Positions 31,917-41,560 of a DNA stretch of 64,000 bases are shown one piece after another. Below the pieces are notes generated by a model. That model worked only from the letters and a program-made list of their open reading frames with translations. It searched no databases and was not told the origin of the DNA. How positions within the stretch are numbered: position 1 is the stretch's first letter; every line of letters starts with the position of its first letter. The position numbers were made by a program, and so were the translations under genes. Source of the DNA: Spirochaetia bacterium (GTDB lineage: Bacteria; Spirochaetota; Spirochaetia; DAHUYW01); NCBI GenBank assembly GCA_030041455.1, contig JASHNV010000119.1, positions 19,787 to 83,786 of the forward strand, written 5' to 3'.

Positions 31917-33152
31917 CTACCGAACGACCGCCCTGGAATAGCGCTTCTTTCCCGCGCGAAGGACGATCTCGCCGTCTCGGATCCAGCCGCGCTCCACCTT
32001 CGCTTCGACGTCGGCGACGTTCTCGTCGTTGACGAAGGCGCCGCCCTGCTGGATGAGCCGCCGCGCCTCGGCCTTCGAGGCGCAGAGCGCCGCGCGGACG
32101 AACAGTTCCGTGACCGTCATACCTTCCACCTCCGCGCGGCCGAGCTCGACGGCGGGGATGCCGCCGAGGCCGGCCTCAGCGGAGCCGCGCGCGTCGAAGG
32201 CCGCGTGCGAGGCCTCCCGCGCCTTGTCGGCCTCTTCGCGGCCGTGGACGAGCGTCGTGAGCTCGTGGGCGAGGATCTCTTTCGCGAGATTGATCTCTCG
32301 GTCGCGGAGCGCGCCGAGCCTCCGCGCCTCGTCTGAGGGCAGGAAGGTGAAGAGGAGGAGAAAGCGACCGACGTCCGGGTCCGGCACGTTCCTCCAATAC
32401 TGGAAGAACTCGTAGGGGCTCACGAGCTCCGGATCGAGGTAGACCGCACCCTTCTCCGACTTTCCCATCTTCTTGCCGTCGGAGCGGGTGATAAGCGGCG
32501 AGGTGAGCGCGAAGACCTCGGCGCCCTCGACGCGGCGGATGAGGTCCATGCCCGAGACGATGTTGCCCCACTGGTCGTCCCCGCCCATCTGCAGCATGCA
32601 CCCGTGTCTCCGATAGAGCACGAGGAAATCGTACGACTGCAGGACCTGGTAGTTGAACTCGATGAAGGAAAGCCCGGTCTCAAGGCGCGTCTTATAGGTC
32701 TCGAAGCTCAGCATCCGATTCACCGAGAAATGCACGCCGATGTCGCGAAGAAACTCGATGTAGTGAAGCGGCGCGAGCCACTCGCTGTTGTCGAGCATGA
32801 GCGCCTTTCCGGGACCGAAATCGAGGAGCTTGCCGATCTGCCGGCGAAAAGCCTCGGAGTTGGCGAGGATGGTCTCCGGCGACAGAATCTTCCGCTCCTC
32901 GGTCTTGCCGGACGGGTCGCCGATTCGCGAGGTGCCGCCCCCGACGAGCGCGATGGGCCGGTGGCCGAGGCGCTGGAGATGCGCCATGAACATGAGCTGG
33001 AGCAGGTTCCCCGCCGAGAGGCTCCGCGCCGTCGGATCGAAGCCGATGTAGAACGTCACGGGCCCGCGCTCGAAGAGCCGCCTGAGACCCTCCTCGTTCG
33101 AGCACTGGCTGACGAAACCCCGCTCTTTCAAGAGCGAGAGCGCGTCGCTCAT
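31917..33152 (-). CDS. tyrS: Tyrosyl-tRNA synthetase
   Basis: YIGFDPTA, GDPSGK, YQVLQSYD, GG.DQWGN and KMGKS motifs, plus an S4 domain. Confidence 0.96.
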   Translation of the reverse strand: MSDALSLLKERGFVSQCSNEEGLRRLFERGPVTFYIGFDPTARSLSAGNLLQLMFMAHLQRLGHRPIALVGGGTSRIGDPSGKTEERKILSPETILANSEAFRRQIGKLLDFGPGKALMLDNSEWLAPLHYIEFLRDIGVHFSVNRMLSFETYKTRLETGLSFIEFNYQVLQSYDFLVLYRRHGCMLQMGGDDQWGNIVSGMDLIRRVEGAEVFALTSPLITRSDGKKMGKSEKGAVYLDPELVSPYEFFQYWRNVPDPDVGRFLLLFTFLPSDEARRLGALRDREINLAKEILAHELTTLVHGREEADKAREASHAAFDARGSAEAGLGGIPAVELGRAEVEGMTVTELFVRAALCASKAEARRLIQQGGAFVNDENVADVEAKVERGWIRDGEIVLRAGKKRYSRAVVR

Positions 33153-34504
33153 GAGCCGACCCGCTTGTAGGCCTTGATCTCCGTGCGAATACGCTCGGAG
33201 AGCTCCGAGATCGGGACGCGGATCTGCTCCATCGAGTCGCGGAAGCGCAGGGTGACGGTCTTGTCCTCCTTGGTCTGGTAGTCGACGGTGAGGCAGTAGG
33301 GCGTTCCGATCTCGTCCTGGCGGCGATACCTGCGGCCGATCGCGCCGCCTTGATCGTAGAAGGTGGAGAAGTCCTCGCGGAGGCCTTTCTCGATCTCCCT
33401 CGCGATCTCCGCAAGCCCGTCCTTCTTGACGAGCGGGAAAACCCCCACGGTGATCGGGGCTATCTTCGGGTGAAAGTGCATGACCACGCGCGACTCCTCC
33501 TCTCCGGGAACCTCCTGCTCTTCGTACGCGTCGGCGAGGATCATGAGAACGGTCCGGGTCAGCCCCGCGGAGGTCTCGATGATGTAGGGGATGTAGCGCT
33601 CGTGACTCTCCTCGTCCAAGAAGTTCAGGTCCTTTCCGGAGTACTCCGCGTGGCGCGACAGATCGTAGTTCGTGCGGTCGTGGATGCCCTCGAGCTCCTT
33701 CCAGCCGAAGGGGAATTCGTACTCGATGTCGAAGGCGATCTTCGCGTAGAAGGCGAGCTCATCGGCGCCGTGCTGGCGGAAGCGCAGCTTCTCGGGCCGC
33801 ACGCCGAGCTTCGCGTAATAGGCCATGCGCTCGCTCTTCCAGTGCTCGAACCAGCGGCCGTCCTCGTCGGGTTTGACGAAAAACTGCATCTCCATCTGCT
33901 CGAACTCGCACGTCCGGAAGATGAAGTTCTTCGTCGTTATCTCGTTGCGGAAGGCCTTTCCGATCTGCGCGATGCCGAACGGAATCTTCACCCGGCTCGA
34001 CTGGACGACGTTCCTGAAGTTCACGTAGATGCCCTGGGCGGTCTCCGGTCGGAGGTAGACGACCGAGGCCTCGTCCTCGACCGGTCCGATGTGCGTCTTG
34101 AACATGAGGTTGAAGTTCCGAGGCTCGGTGAGCGGGCCGCCGCACTCCGGGCACCTTCGGGCGCGGCGGTTGTCTTCCGGCAGCTGATCCTCGCGGAAGC
34201 GGTTCTTGCAGTTCTTGCAGTCGACGAGCGGGTCGGTGAAGTTCGCGACGTGCCCGGACGCCTCCCACACCCTCGGGTGCATCATGATCGCGGCGTCGAG
34301 CCCGACAATGTCGTCGTGAAGCTGGGTCATTTCCCGCCACCAGAAATCGCGGACGCGATTCTTAAGCTCCACCCCGAGGGGACCGTAATCCCACGCGGAG
34401 GAGAGCCCGCCGTAGATCTCGCTCGACTGAAAGACGAACCCGCGCCTCTTCGCGAGGGAGACCAGCTTTTCCATCGTTACCGCGTTGTTCACCGTATCGG
34501 CCAT
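33149..34504 (-). CDS. glyQS: Glycyl-tRNA synthetase, homodimeric type
   Basis: KRRGFVFQSSEIYGG, LRPETAQG, GKAFRNEI and IGRRYRRQDEIGTP motifs. Confidence 0.97.
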   Translation of the reverse strand: MADTVNNAVTMEKLVSLAKRRGFVFQSSEIYGGLSSAWDYGPLGVELKNRVRDFWWREMTQLHDDIVGLDAAIMMHPRVWEASGHVANFTDPLVDCKNCKNRFREDQLPEDNRRARRCPECGGPLTEPRNFNLMFKTHIGPVEDEASVVYLRPETAQGIYVNFRNVVQSSRVKIPFGIAQIGKAFRNEITTKNFIFRTCEFEQMEMQFFVKPDEDGRWFEHWKSERMAYYAKLGVRPEKLRFRQHGADELAFYAKIAFDIEYEFPFGWKELEGIHDRTNYDLSRHAEYSGKDLNFLDEESHERYIPYIIETSAGLTRTVLMILADAYEEQEVPGEEESRVVMHFHPKIAPITVGVFPLVKKDGLAEIAREIEKGLREDFSTFYDQGGAIGRRYRRQDEIGTPYCLTVDYQTKEDKTVTLRFRDSMEQIRVPISELSERIRTEIKAYKRVGS

Positions 34505-34537
34505 TGGACACTCCAGCGTGCGCCGCCCGAGCGGCGG

Positions 34538-36007
34538 TCACTTCGATAGCAGGCTCATCGCGCGCTCGATGCGCGATCGGGTCTTCTCGATCCCGAGGAG
34601 CCGGATCGAGCCGAAAAGAGGCGGCGAGACCCGGCTCCCGGTCACGGCCACCCGAACCGGCATGAGGAGATCGCCGAGCTTGACTCCCATCTCGTCGGCC
34701 TTCCCCCGAAAGAGCCGCTCCGCCTCCTCTTCGCTCCGCGAAGCGAGCCCTTCGAGGAGACCTGCCGCCTCGCCGAGCGCCGCGCGGGCGCCCTTCGCGT
34801 CGAGCTTCTTCGGCACGAGCTCCTCGGCGGGATATTCGGCCGGCTCGGCGAAGAGGAAGCGGAGGAGCCCGCTTGCGTCGTTGAGGACGCGCATGCGCTC
34901 CTTTATGAGCGGCATCGCCTCGCGCACGAGCGCGAGCTCGCTGGCCTGAGGATTCTCGGCGAGCACGCCGTCCCGCTTGAGGACGGGAACGACCAATTCC
35001 GCGAGCTCCTCGTCGCTCTTCATCCGGATGTAGTGGCCGTTGAACCAGTCGAGCTTCTTGTAATCGAAGACCGCGGGCGCCTTGTTGAGCCGGTCGAGGG
35101 TGAAGAGCCTCTCGAGATCGGACGTGCTGAAGAACTCGCGGGTATCGTCGTACGACCAGCCGAGGAGCGAGACGTAGTTGATGACCGCCTCCGGGAGATA
35201 GCCCGCGTCGCGAAACTCGCGCACGCTCGTCGAGCCGTGCCGCTTCGAGAGCTTCTGGCCGTCGGACCCCATGACCATGGGAAGGTGGCAGTAGATCGGC
35301 GGGGTCCAGCCGAAGGATTCGTAGAGAAGCACGTGCAGCGGCGCCGAGGGCACCCACTCCTGCGCCCTCAGGATGTGGGAGATCTCCATGAGGTGATCGT
35401 CGACGACGTTTGCGAGATGATAGGTGGGAAAGCCGTCCGACTTCAGGAGCACCGGATCGGGATTGATATCCTCGTTCTTCCGCTCGATGTCGCCGAGGAG
35501 CACGTCGTGCATGGTCGTGCCGCCCTCAAGCGGCACCTTGAACCTGATGACCGGCTTGATGCCCTCCGCCCGACTCTCGGCGATTTCGGCGGCGGAGAGA
35601 CTTCGGCAGTGGCGGTCGTAGCCCGGCGCCATCTTGTTCGCCGTCTGGATGCGCCGGATACGATCGAGGCGCGCCTCGCTGCAGAAGCATTCGTAGGCCT
35701 TGCCCTCCGCGAGCAACCGCATGGCGTGCTCCCGGTAGATCGCGGAGCGCGCCGATTGCACGTAGGGCGCAAAGGGGCCGCCGCAATCGGGCCCCTCGTC
35801 CCACCGAACGCCGAGCCATGCGAAGGTGTCGTAGAGGTCCTGGAGCGCTTCGTCGGAATAGCGGCCCTGATCGGTGTCCTCGATGCGCAGAACGAAGGCG
35901 CCCCGATTCGCGCGCGCGAAAAAATAGTTGAACAACGCGGACCGCACGCCGCCGATGTGCTGAAGGCCCGTCGGCGAGGGCGCGTACCGCACGCGGACAC
36001 TCATCAT
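34538..36007 (-). CDS. gltX: Glutamyl-tRNA synthetase
   Basis: RYAPSPTG..HIGG, LRIEDTD and KLSKR motifs. Confidence 0.97.
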   Translation of the reverse strand: MMSVRVRYAPSPTGLQHIGGVRSALFNYFFARANRGAFVLRIEDTDQGRYSDEALQDLYDTFAWLGVRWDEGPDCGGPFAPYVQSARSAIYREHAMRLLAEGKAYECFCSEARLDRIRRIQTANKMAPGYDRHCRSLSAAEIAESRAEGIKPVIRFKVPLEGGTTMHDVLLGDIERKNEDINPDPVLLKSDGFPTYHLANVVDDHLMEISHILRAQEWVPSAPLHVLLYESFGWTPPIYCHLPMVMGSDGQKLSKRHGSTSVREFRDAGYLPEAVINYVSLLGWSYDDTREFFSTSDLERLFTLDRLNKAPAVFDYKKLDWFNGHYIRMKSDEELAELVVPVLKRDGVLAENPQASELALVREAMPLIKERMRVLNDASGLLRFLFAEPAEYPAEELVPKKLDAKGARAALGEAAGLLEGLASRSEEEAERLFRGKADEMGVKLGDLLMPVRVAVTGSRVSPPLFGSIRLLGIEKTRSRIERAMSLLSK

Positions 36008-36110
36008 GCTCCCTTGCGATATGGTTTCGCGGCCGGAGAGGAAATCACGTCTATGCGCGTTCTTCAGTATACGAGTTTGTCCGGCACCTGGGCAAGGGGC
36101 CCGATTCGGC

Positions 36111-37331
36111 TCAGGCCCCCTGCCGATACTGCCCGAGGAAGTCCCGCAGGCTCTTCATCGCGCTGCCGAGCTCGTCCTTGCGGGGAAGGAACACGACGCG
36201 AAAATGGTCGGGACGCGGCCAGTTGAAGCCCGAGCCCTGGACGAGGAGAACCCTCTTCGCGTGGAGGAAGTCGAGGACAAACTGCTGGTCGTTCGTGATG
36301 CCGAACTTCTCGACGTCGATCCTCGGAAACATGTACAGCGCGCCTTTCGGCTTGACGCAGCTCAGGCCCGGGATGTCGGCGAGGAGATTGTAGCAGAAGT
36401 CGCGTTGGTCCCGCAGGCGCCCGCCGGGGCGGACGAGGTCGTCGATGCTCTGGTAGCCGTGGAGCGCCGTTTGAATCGCGAACTGCGAAGGAACGTTGCT
36501 GCACAGGCGCATGTTGGAGAGCATCTCGATGCCCTCAAGATAGTCTTTCACGTGCGAACGACGCCCGCTCAAGACCATCCACCCCGCGCGGAATCCGGCG
36601 GCTCGGTAGGCCTTGGAGAGCCCGTTGAAGGTGACGGTGAAGACGTCGCTCGACACGGTGGCCGCCGATACGTGGCGCGCGTCCTCGTAGAGGATCTTCT
36701 CGTAGATCTCGTCGGAGAAAAGGATGAGCTCGTGCCGCGCGGCGAGCCTCGCGATCGCCTCGACGATCTCGCGGGGGTACACCGACCCCGTCGGGTTGTT
36801 CGGGTTGATGACGACGATGCCCTTCGTCCGCGCGGTGATCTTCTTCTCGATGTCCTCGAGGTCGGGATACCAGTCCGACGACTCGTCGCAGAGGTAGTGA
36901 ACCGCCCGGCCGCCGGCGAGGTTCACCGCCGCCGTCCACAGCGGATAGTCGGGCGCCGGAACGAGCATCTCGTCCCCGTCGTCGAGAAGGCCCTGCATCG
37001 ACATGACGATGAGCTCGCTCACGCCGTTCCCGATGTAGACGTCGTCGATGCCGACGTCCAGCAGGCCCTTCTCCTGGTAGTACTGCATGATCGCCTTGCG
37101 CGCGGCGAAAAGACCTTTCGAGTCGACGTAGCCCTGAGCGTTCCGGAGGTTGACGATCACGTCGTGGAGAATCTCCTCCGGCGCGTCGAATCCGAAAGGC
37201 GCGGGGTTTCCGAGGTTGAGCTTCAGGACCCGCAGCCCCTCCTCCTCGAGCTTCTTCGCCGCCTCGAGGACGGGCCCCCGGATGTCGTAGAGAACGTCGT
37301 CGAGCTTGTGAGATTTCTTGAACTCGCGCAT
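36111..37331 (-). CDS. alaA: Glutamate-pyruvate (alanine) aminotransferase
   Basis: ATG at 37331. YDIRGPV, GNGVSELI, NPNNPTG, DEIY and GLSKAYR..GFRAGW motifs. Confidence 0.92.
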   Translation of the reverse strand: MREFKKSHKLDDVLYDIRGPVLEAAKKLEEEGLRVLKLNLGNPAPFGFDAPEEILHDVIVNLRNAQGYVDSKGLFAARKAIMQYYQEKGLLDVGIDDVYIGNGVSELIVMSMQGLLDDGDEMLVPAPDYPLWTAAVNLAGGRAVHYLCDESSDWYPDLEDIEKKITARTKGIVVINPNNPTGSVYPREIVEAIARLAARHELILFSDEIYEKILYEDARHVSAATVSSDVFTVTFNGLSKAYRAAGFRAGWMVLSGRRSHVKDYLEGIEMLSNMRLCSNVPSQFAIQTALHGYQSIDDLVRPGGRLRDQRDFCYNLLADIPGLSCVKPKGALYMFPRIDVEKFGITNDQQFVLDFLHAKRVLLVQGSGFNWPRPDHFRVVFLPRKDELGSAMKSLRDFLGQYRQGA

Positions 37332-37387
37332 GCGCTGCACCTCGTCTGTCGATCGCCACGCAAAATCGAGCGGAGAGCCGCTCCGCC

Positions 37388-38221
37388 CTAGTGGATGACC
37401 TTCGGGTCTCCTACGGCTCCGAAAGCGAAGAGCCATTCGGTCGCCTCCTGAACGAGCTTCGACAGGAGGACGACTTCGACTTCGTCCTTCGCCCGGTCGA
37501 GCTCCTTCTGCCACAGGATCGGACTGAAGCGCTTCTTCAGCGAGGCTTTTCCTTCCTCGAGCAGCCTCTCGACCCGCGGATCGTCGTTCGAAAAGGCGTC
37601 GAGCAGATAGTAGGAGAGCAGGAGCAGGACCGGCTCCCGCGAGCGTCGCGCGACGCCTACGAGCGTCTCGCGCGCCTCCTCGCGGCGCTTGAGGAGCATG
37701 AGCGCGAAGGCATGGTTCCACGAGATCCAGTTCTCCTTCGCGACGCGCTTGTTCCCCACAAACGCGCCGAAATAGCGCTCCATCTCCGCCGGCTCGTTCT
37801 TCAGGAGATAGGGAATACCCAGGGAAAGGGCAAAGGCGCCGACCAACGCGGGCTTTTTCTCGCGAATGAGCCGCTCGAGCCTCCCGATACCCTCCGTATT
37901 GGAATTGACCAGATAGCCGTTTATCAGTATTCTGACGTACTGGCGTCGGAGCCTGTTCTTTTCGAAGACTTGCGTCTCCAGGTAGCGCACGATGCCCGCC
38001 CAATCCTCCCGCTCGAGCAGGATGAACAGGCGCCAGTTGAGCGCGAAATAGAGGTTCAGGGCTCCGATGATCGCAAAAAAGATGACCGGAAGGTACCAGT
38101 CGCTGGCCCAGAACAGCTTCGCGTAGTCCCAGCCGATGACGAACAGGGGCATGAGGTAGATGACGAGGAACGCCACCACCAGCACAGCGTTGAATAAGAG
38201 AAAAATCACCTTGAATTTCAC
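37388..38221 (-). CDS. Hypothetical protein with two N-terminal TM helices
   Basis: Hydrophobic N-terminus followed by a helical soluble domain; lies in tandem with alaA. Confidence 0.8.
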   Translation of the reverse strand: MKFKVIFLLFNAVLVVAFLVIYLMPLFVIGWDYAKLFWASDWYLPVIFFAIIGALNLYFALNWRLFILLEREDWAGIVRYLETQVFEKNRLRRQYVRILINGYLVNSNTEGIGRLERLIREKKPALVGAFALSLGIPYLLKNEPAEMERYFGAFVGNKRVAKENWISWNHAFALMLLKRREEARETLVGVARRSREPVLLLLSYYLLDAFSNDDPRVERLLEEGKASLKKRFSPILWQKELDRAKDEVEVVLLSKLVQEATEWLFAFGAVGDPKVIH

Positions 38222-38295
38222 CAGCGGCGGCTCCTATGAGGCGTGCTCGGAGGAGTTTAGTTGAATAATCGCGAGGGGTCAACGGGAGACCGGCC

Positions 38296-39468
38296 GTGAA
38301 CCAGCTGCCCGTCCGGGAGCTTCCCGTCAACTCCTATATCGACGCGCCGGTTTTCCTCGACGAGAGCTACATTCTCCTCGCGCCCGATATTCCCGTGAGC
38401 CCCGCCCTCGTCAAGCGGCTCGGCGACTGGGAGTTCCGCGAGGTCTTTACCTCCGGGAGCGCCTCGGGCGCTCCTTCCGTCGAGACCGGCGCGGCGCCCC
38501 AGGCGAACCTCAACAAGAACCTCAAGGAAGAGGAGACCTCGAACGAGGTCTTCAAGAGCTACCGGCAGATCCTCGCGGCGGTCTCCCAGATCTTTGAGCG
38601 CTTCAAGACGAAGGACGAGATCAAGATCGCGGACACCTCCGATCTCGTGAAGCAGCTCATCGCGCTCGTGAAGGCGCAGCCGCGCTACGCGCTGAACCTG
38701 CCGGACATCGAGACGCCCGAGCAGGGCTTTCTCGTGAGCCACGCGGTGAAGACCTCGCTCCTTGCCGTCGCGCTCGCGGAGTTCCTGAAGCTCCCGCCGC
38801 ACCGGGTGATCGAGATCGGGATCGCAGGCCTGCTCCACATGATCGGGATGATGCGCATCCCGTCGGAGATCTATTTGAGCGATCGCCAGTTGGACCCGAA
38901 GGAGCGCCAGATGATCATGGCGCAGCCGATCCTCGGCTTCCGCGCCCTGAAGGCCGCGGGCTTCCCGATCCAGATCGCCGTCGCGATCCTCGAGCACCAC
39001 GAGCGCATCGACGGCTCGGGCTACCCGCGAAAGCTCACCGGCGACAAGCTCTCGCCCTACGGCAAGATCCTCGCGGTCGCGTCCTCCTACGTCGCCGCCG
39101 TTTCCGAGCGTCCGTTCCGCCAGGCTCGAGACGGGCACTCGGGAATCATGGATCTCCTCCGCGACATGGGGAAGAAGTACGACGAGAGCGTGCTTCGCGC
39201 CCTGGTGTTCACGCTGTCGGTCTACCCGATCGGAACCCACGTGGAGCTCGGAAACCGCTCGCGCGGAGTCGTCGTGAGCACGAACCCCGAGACCCCGAAG
39301 CTCCCGACGGTGAGGCTCCTCGTGAACGCGAAGGGCGAGCCGTTCCTCGACCAGCCGGTCGTGCAGGTCGAGGAGTCGGGCGAGCTCCAAATCGTCCGGC
39401 CCCTGAGCGCCGAGGAGATCGGCCGCATCAGGGAAAACAAGGCCCCCGGCGCCGCTCAGGCGCCCTGA
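38296..39468 (+). CDS. HD-GYP domain protein with a degenerate HD motif
   Basis: HHERIDGSGYP and ERPFR are present. The HD position reads LLHMIG. Confidence 0.9.
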   Translation: MNQLPVRELPVNSYIDAPVFLDESYILLAPDIPVSPALVKRLGDWEFREVFTSGSASGAPSVETGAAPQANLNKNLKEEETSNEVFKSYRQILAAVSQIFERFKTKDEIKIADTSDLVKQLIALVKAQPRYALNLPDIETPEQGFLVSHAVKTSLLAVALAEFLKLPPHRVIEIGIAGLLHMIGMMRIPSEIYLSDRQLDPKERQMIMAQPILGFRALKAAGFPIQIAVAILEHHERIDGSGYPRKLTGDKLSPYGKILAVASSYVAAVSERPFRQARDGHSGIMDLLRDMGKKYDESVLRALVFTLSVYPIGTHVELGNRSRGVVVSTNPETPKLPTVRLLVNAKGEPFLDQPVVQVEESGELQIVRPLSAEEIGRIRENKAPGAAQAP

Positions 39469-39555
39469 GGGAGGCTGCCGGTCGGAAAGCTTCGTTCCCG
39501 GAAGCAGCGCGCCCGCCTGCGCTCCGCCGAGGGAGGCGCGGAACGTCGCCCCGGC

Positions 39556-40101
39556 TCAGCCGTCGGCAATCTTCGTCGCCCTCGTTATGCCGGGATTGGC
39601 GAAGCAGTCGGTCTCGTCGCGAGCGACGCTCGAAAAGCTGAACAGGATCGCGCCGCTTCGCCCCGCCTGAAACCAATGCTTCTGACCCGGCTTGCAGAGG
39701 AGCTGGTCCCCCGGCTTCATGACGATTTCGTGCCGCAGGCGGTAGTATGCGGCCGAAACCGCCGGGATCGCGCCCAAGCTCAGGGTATCCTCCCCCTCCA
39801 CGTAAAAGCGGAGAGTTCCGTCGAGAAGCCGCACGGTCTCCTCTTTTCCCGGGTCGTCTCCGACCGGCGGGTGCCAATGCTCCGGTTCCGTCTGATCGGG
39901 GAAAAGACAGAGAAGCTTTACGCTGATCCGGCCCGTGTGAACGAGCGTGAGGATCTGCACGCCCTCGATCTCGAGGCGGCCCAGGCCGAAATCCACGACC
40001 TCGATATTCTCGCACTCCCGCTCGCTGATCGCGAATCCGATCCTTCGGAATTCCGCGGCCGCCCTTCGCTGCGCCTCGCGCTGCTCCTTTCGCGTGATCA
40101 T
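39556..40101 (-). CDS. D-lyxose/D-mannose isomerase family cupin
   Basis: DFGLG, QTEPEHWHP, GKEET and HWFQAG motifs. Confidence 0.9.
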   Translation of the reverse strand: MITRKEQREAQRRAAAEFRRIGFAISERECENIEVVDFGLGRLEIEGVQILTLVHTGRISVKLLCLFPDQTEPEHWHPPVGDDPGKEETVRLLDGTLRFYVEGEDTLSLGAIPAVSAAYYRLRHEIVMKPGDQLLCKPGQKHWFQAGRSGAILFSFSSVARDETDCFANPGITRATKIADG

Positions 40102-40430
40102 CCCTCACCCCTCCCCGATCGGCCCGCCCGTCTCGACGCCTCGCCTCTCCGCGTCGAAAAGAGCCGCGCCCTGTCGATCAAGCGGGCGCACGATCCCGTG
40201 CGCCCGCCGATGGTCTCGCCTCGTTCCCGCCTCCCGCGTGTCCGGGTTCCCTCCGCGCGCGTCACGACCTCTCACGCGGTCGTCAGACCGACCCGGATCC
40301 TCCTTAGGGCGCCCGAGGCGGACCGCCTCATGCCCGCAAGGAGGCGCAAGGCCGCCTTTCTTCGTTACGCTCCGCGGCCTAGGCCTTCCCGCTCCCGTGA
40401 GCGGGAGCATCGCCTGAATCCCGGAATTGC

Positions 40431-41495
40431 TCAGTGGAGGTCCTGCGGCAGCAGCGGCTTCTCCTTGAAACTGAACGAGCTCCAAAGCTGGTTCATGGCC
40501 TGCGGCGTTATCGACTGCTGGTCTCCCACCATTTCCGGCTGGGGCGTGACGATCCCGAGCCCCGTGTTCACGAACTTCGGATATTTCAGATGGTTTTTCA
40601 CGATCTGATAGAGCACCTGGATACCCTGGTAACCCCAGCCGTAGTAGGTCTGCCCGACGAGCCCGATGACCGACCCGTTCGTGACGTATTGAATCTCGGG
40701 CGGAAGGGTGTCGAATGACACGACGGTAAGCGCCCCCGATTGAACCTTGCTCGTCATGACCGGAAGGTTGCTGGGATCCACGAGGAGCGACCACGGCCCG
40801 TCGAAGAAGAAACCGTTGATGCTCGGGTTGCCTCGGAGGGTATCTTCAACCGCCGTCACCGATTTCGCCAGGTCCTCGTAGCAGGGAACGGTGGTCACGA
40901 TCTTGTAGGGGATTTGCTGGTCGTCGAGCGCCTTCGTGAACCCTTGGTCGCGCTGCTGGAGATTGGAGGCGCCCGGCGTTCCCGTGAGAATCGCCACGTT
41001 CTGTTGACCCTTTCCTTGGACCGCCTTGGCGTAGAGCAGCCCCGCGGCGTACCCGCCCTTGAAGTTGTCGGATCCGACGTAGGCGTTTCGCTCGCTGTCC
41101 GGACAGTCCGAATCCCACATGACGACCGGGATGCCGGCCTTTATCGCCTCGTTCACCGCCCCGCACGCGGAGGGCCCGAGGCTGTCCACCAGAATGCCGT
41201 CGACGTGCTTTGCGATGAATCCTTCGATCATCTGGACCTCTTCGGCGGCGTCCGCGTTCGTGGGAGCCGTCCAGGTGATGCCCACGTCTCCGAGCTCCGC
41301 CGCGCGATCGTTCGCCCCCTTCTCCGCGACCTGAAAAGCCGGGTTGTTCAGGCTCTTCGCGACGACCGCGAAGTTCAGGAAGCCCGGTTTACTCGACGCC
41401 GCTTCGTTCTGCCCGCCCGCGAAGGCGGAGACTCCGAGGAGCGCGGAGAGGACCGGGACAAGCGCGAAACGAATGAACCATCTACAACTGCTCAT
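40431..41495 (-). CDS. Sugar ABC transporter substrate-binding protein (RbsB-like)
   Basis: ATG at 41495 after AGGAGG. Signal peptide, AGIPVVMWDSD and YVGSDN motifs. Confidence 0.92.
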   Translation of the reverse strand: MSSCRWFIRFALVPVLSALLGVSAFAGGQNEAASSKPGFLNFAVVAKSLNNPAFQVAEKGANDRAAELGDVGITWTAPTNADAAEEVQMIEGFIAKHVDGILVDSLGPSACGAVNEAIKAGIPVVMWDSDCPDSERNAYVGSDNFKGGYAAGLLYAKAVQGKGQQNVAILTGTPGASNLQQRDQGFTKALDDQQIPYKIVTTVPCYEDLAKSVTAVEDTLRGNPSINGFFFDGPWSLLVDPSNLPVMTSKVQSGALTVVSFDTLPPEIQYVTNGSVIGLVGQTYYGWGYQGIQVLYQIVKNHLKYPKFVNTGLGIVTPQPEMVGDQQSITPQAMNQLWSSFSFKEKPLLPQDLH

Positions 41496-41560
41496 ATAAC
41501 CTCCTAACAAACAGCTTTCAAGACTTTTTTGACGAAAACGGGCTCCGTCGCGCGAGGAGC

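Noticed and set aside
36111-38330. Extended track ORFs (36111..38330, 40431..42602, 57832..59976, 2351..3970, 10751..13021) as fusion proteins
   Set aside because: Their N-terminal parts are off-frame translations of neighbouring genes, so the true starts were reassigned.
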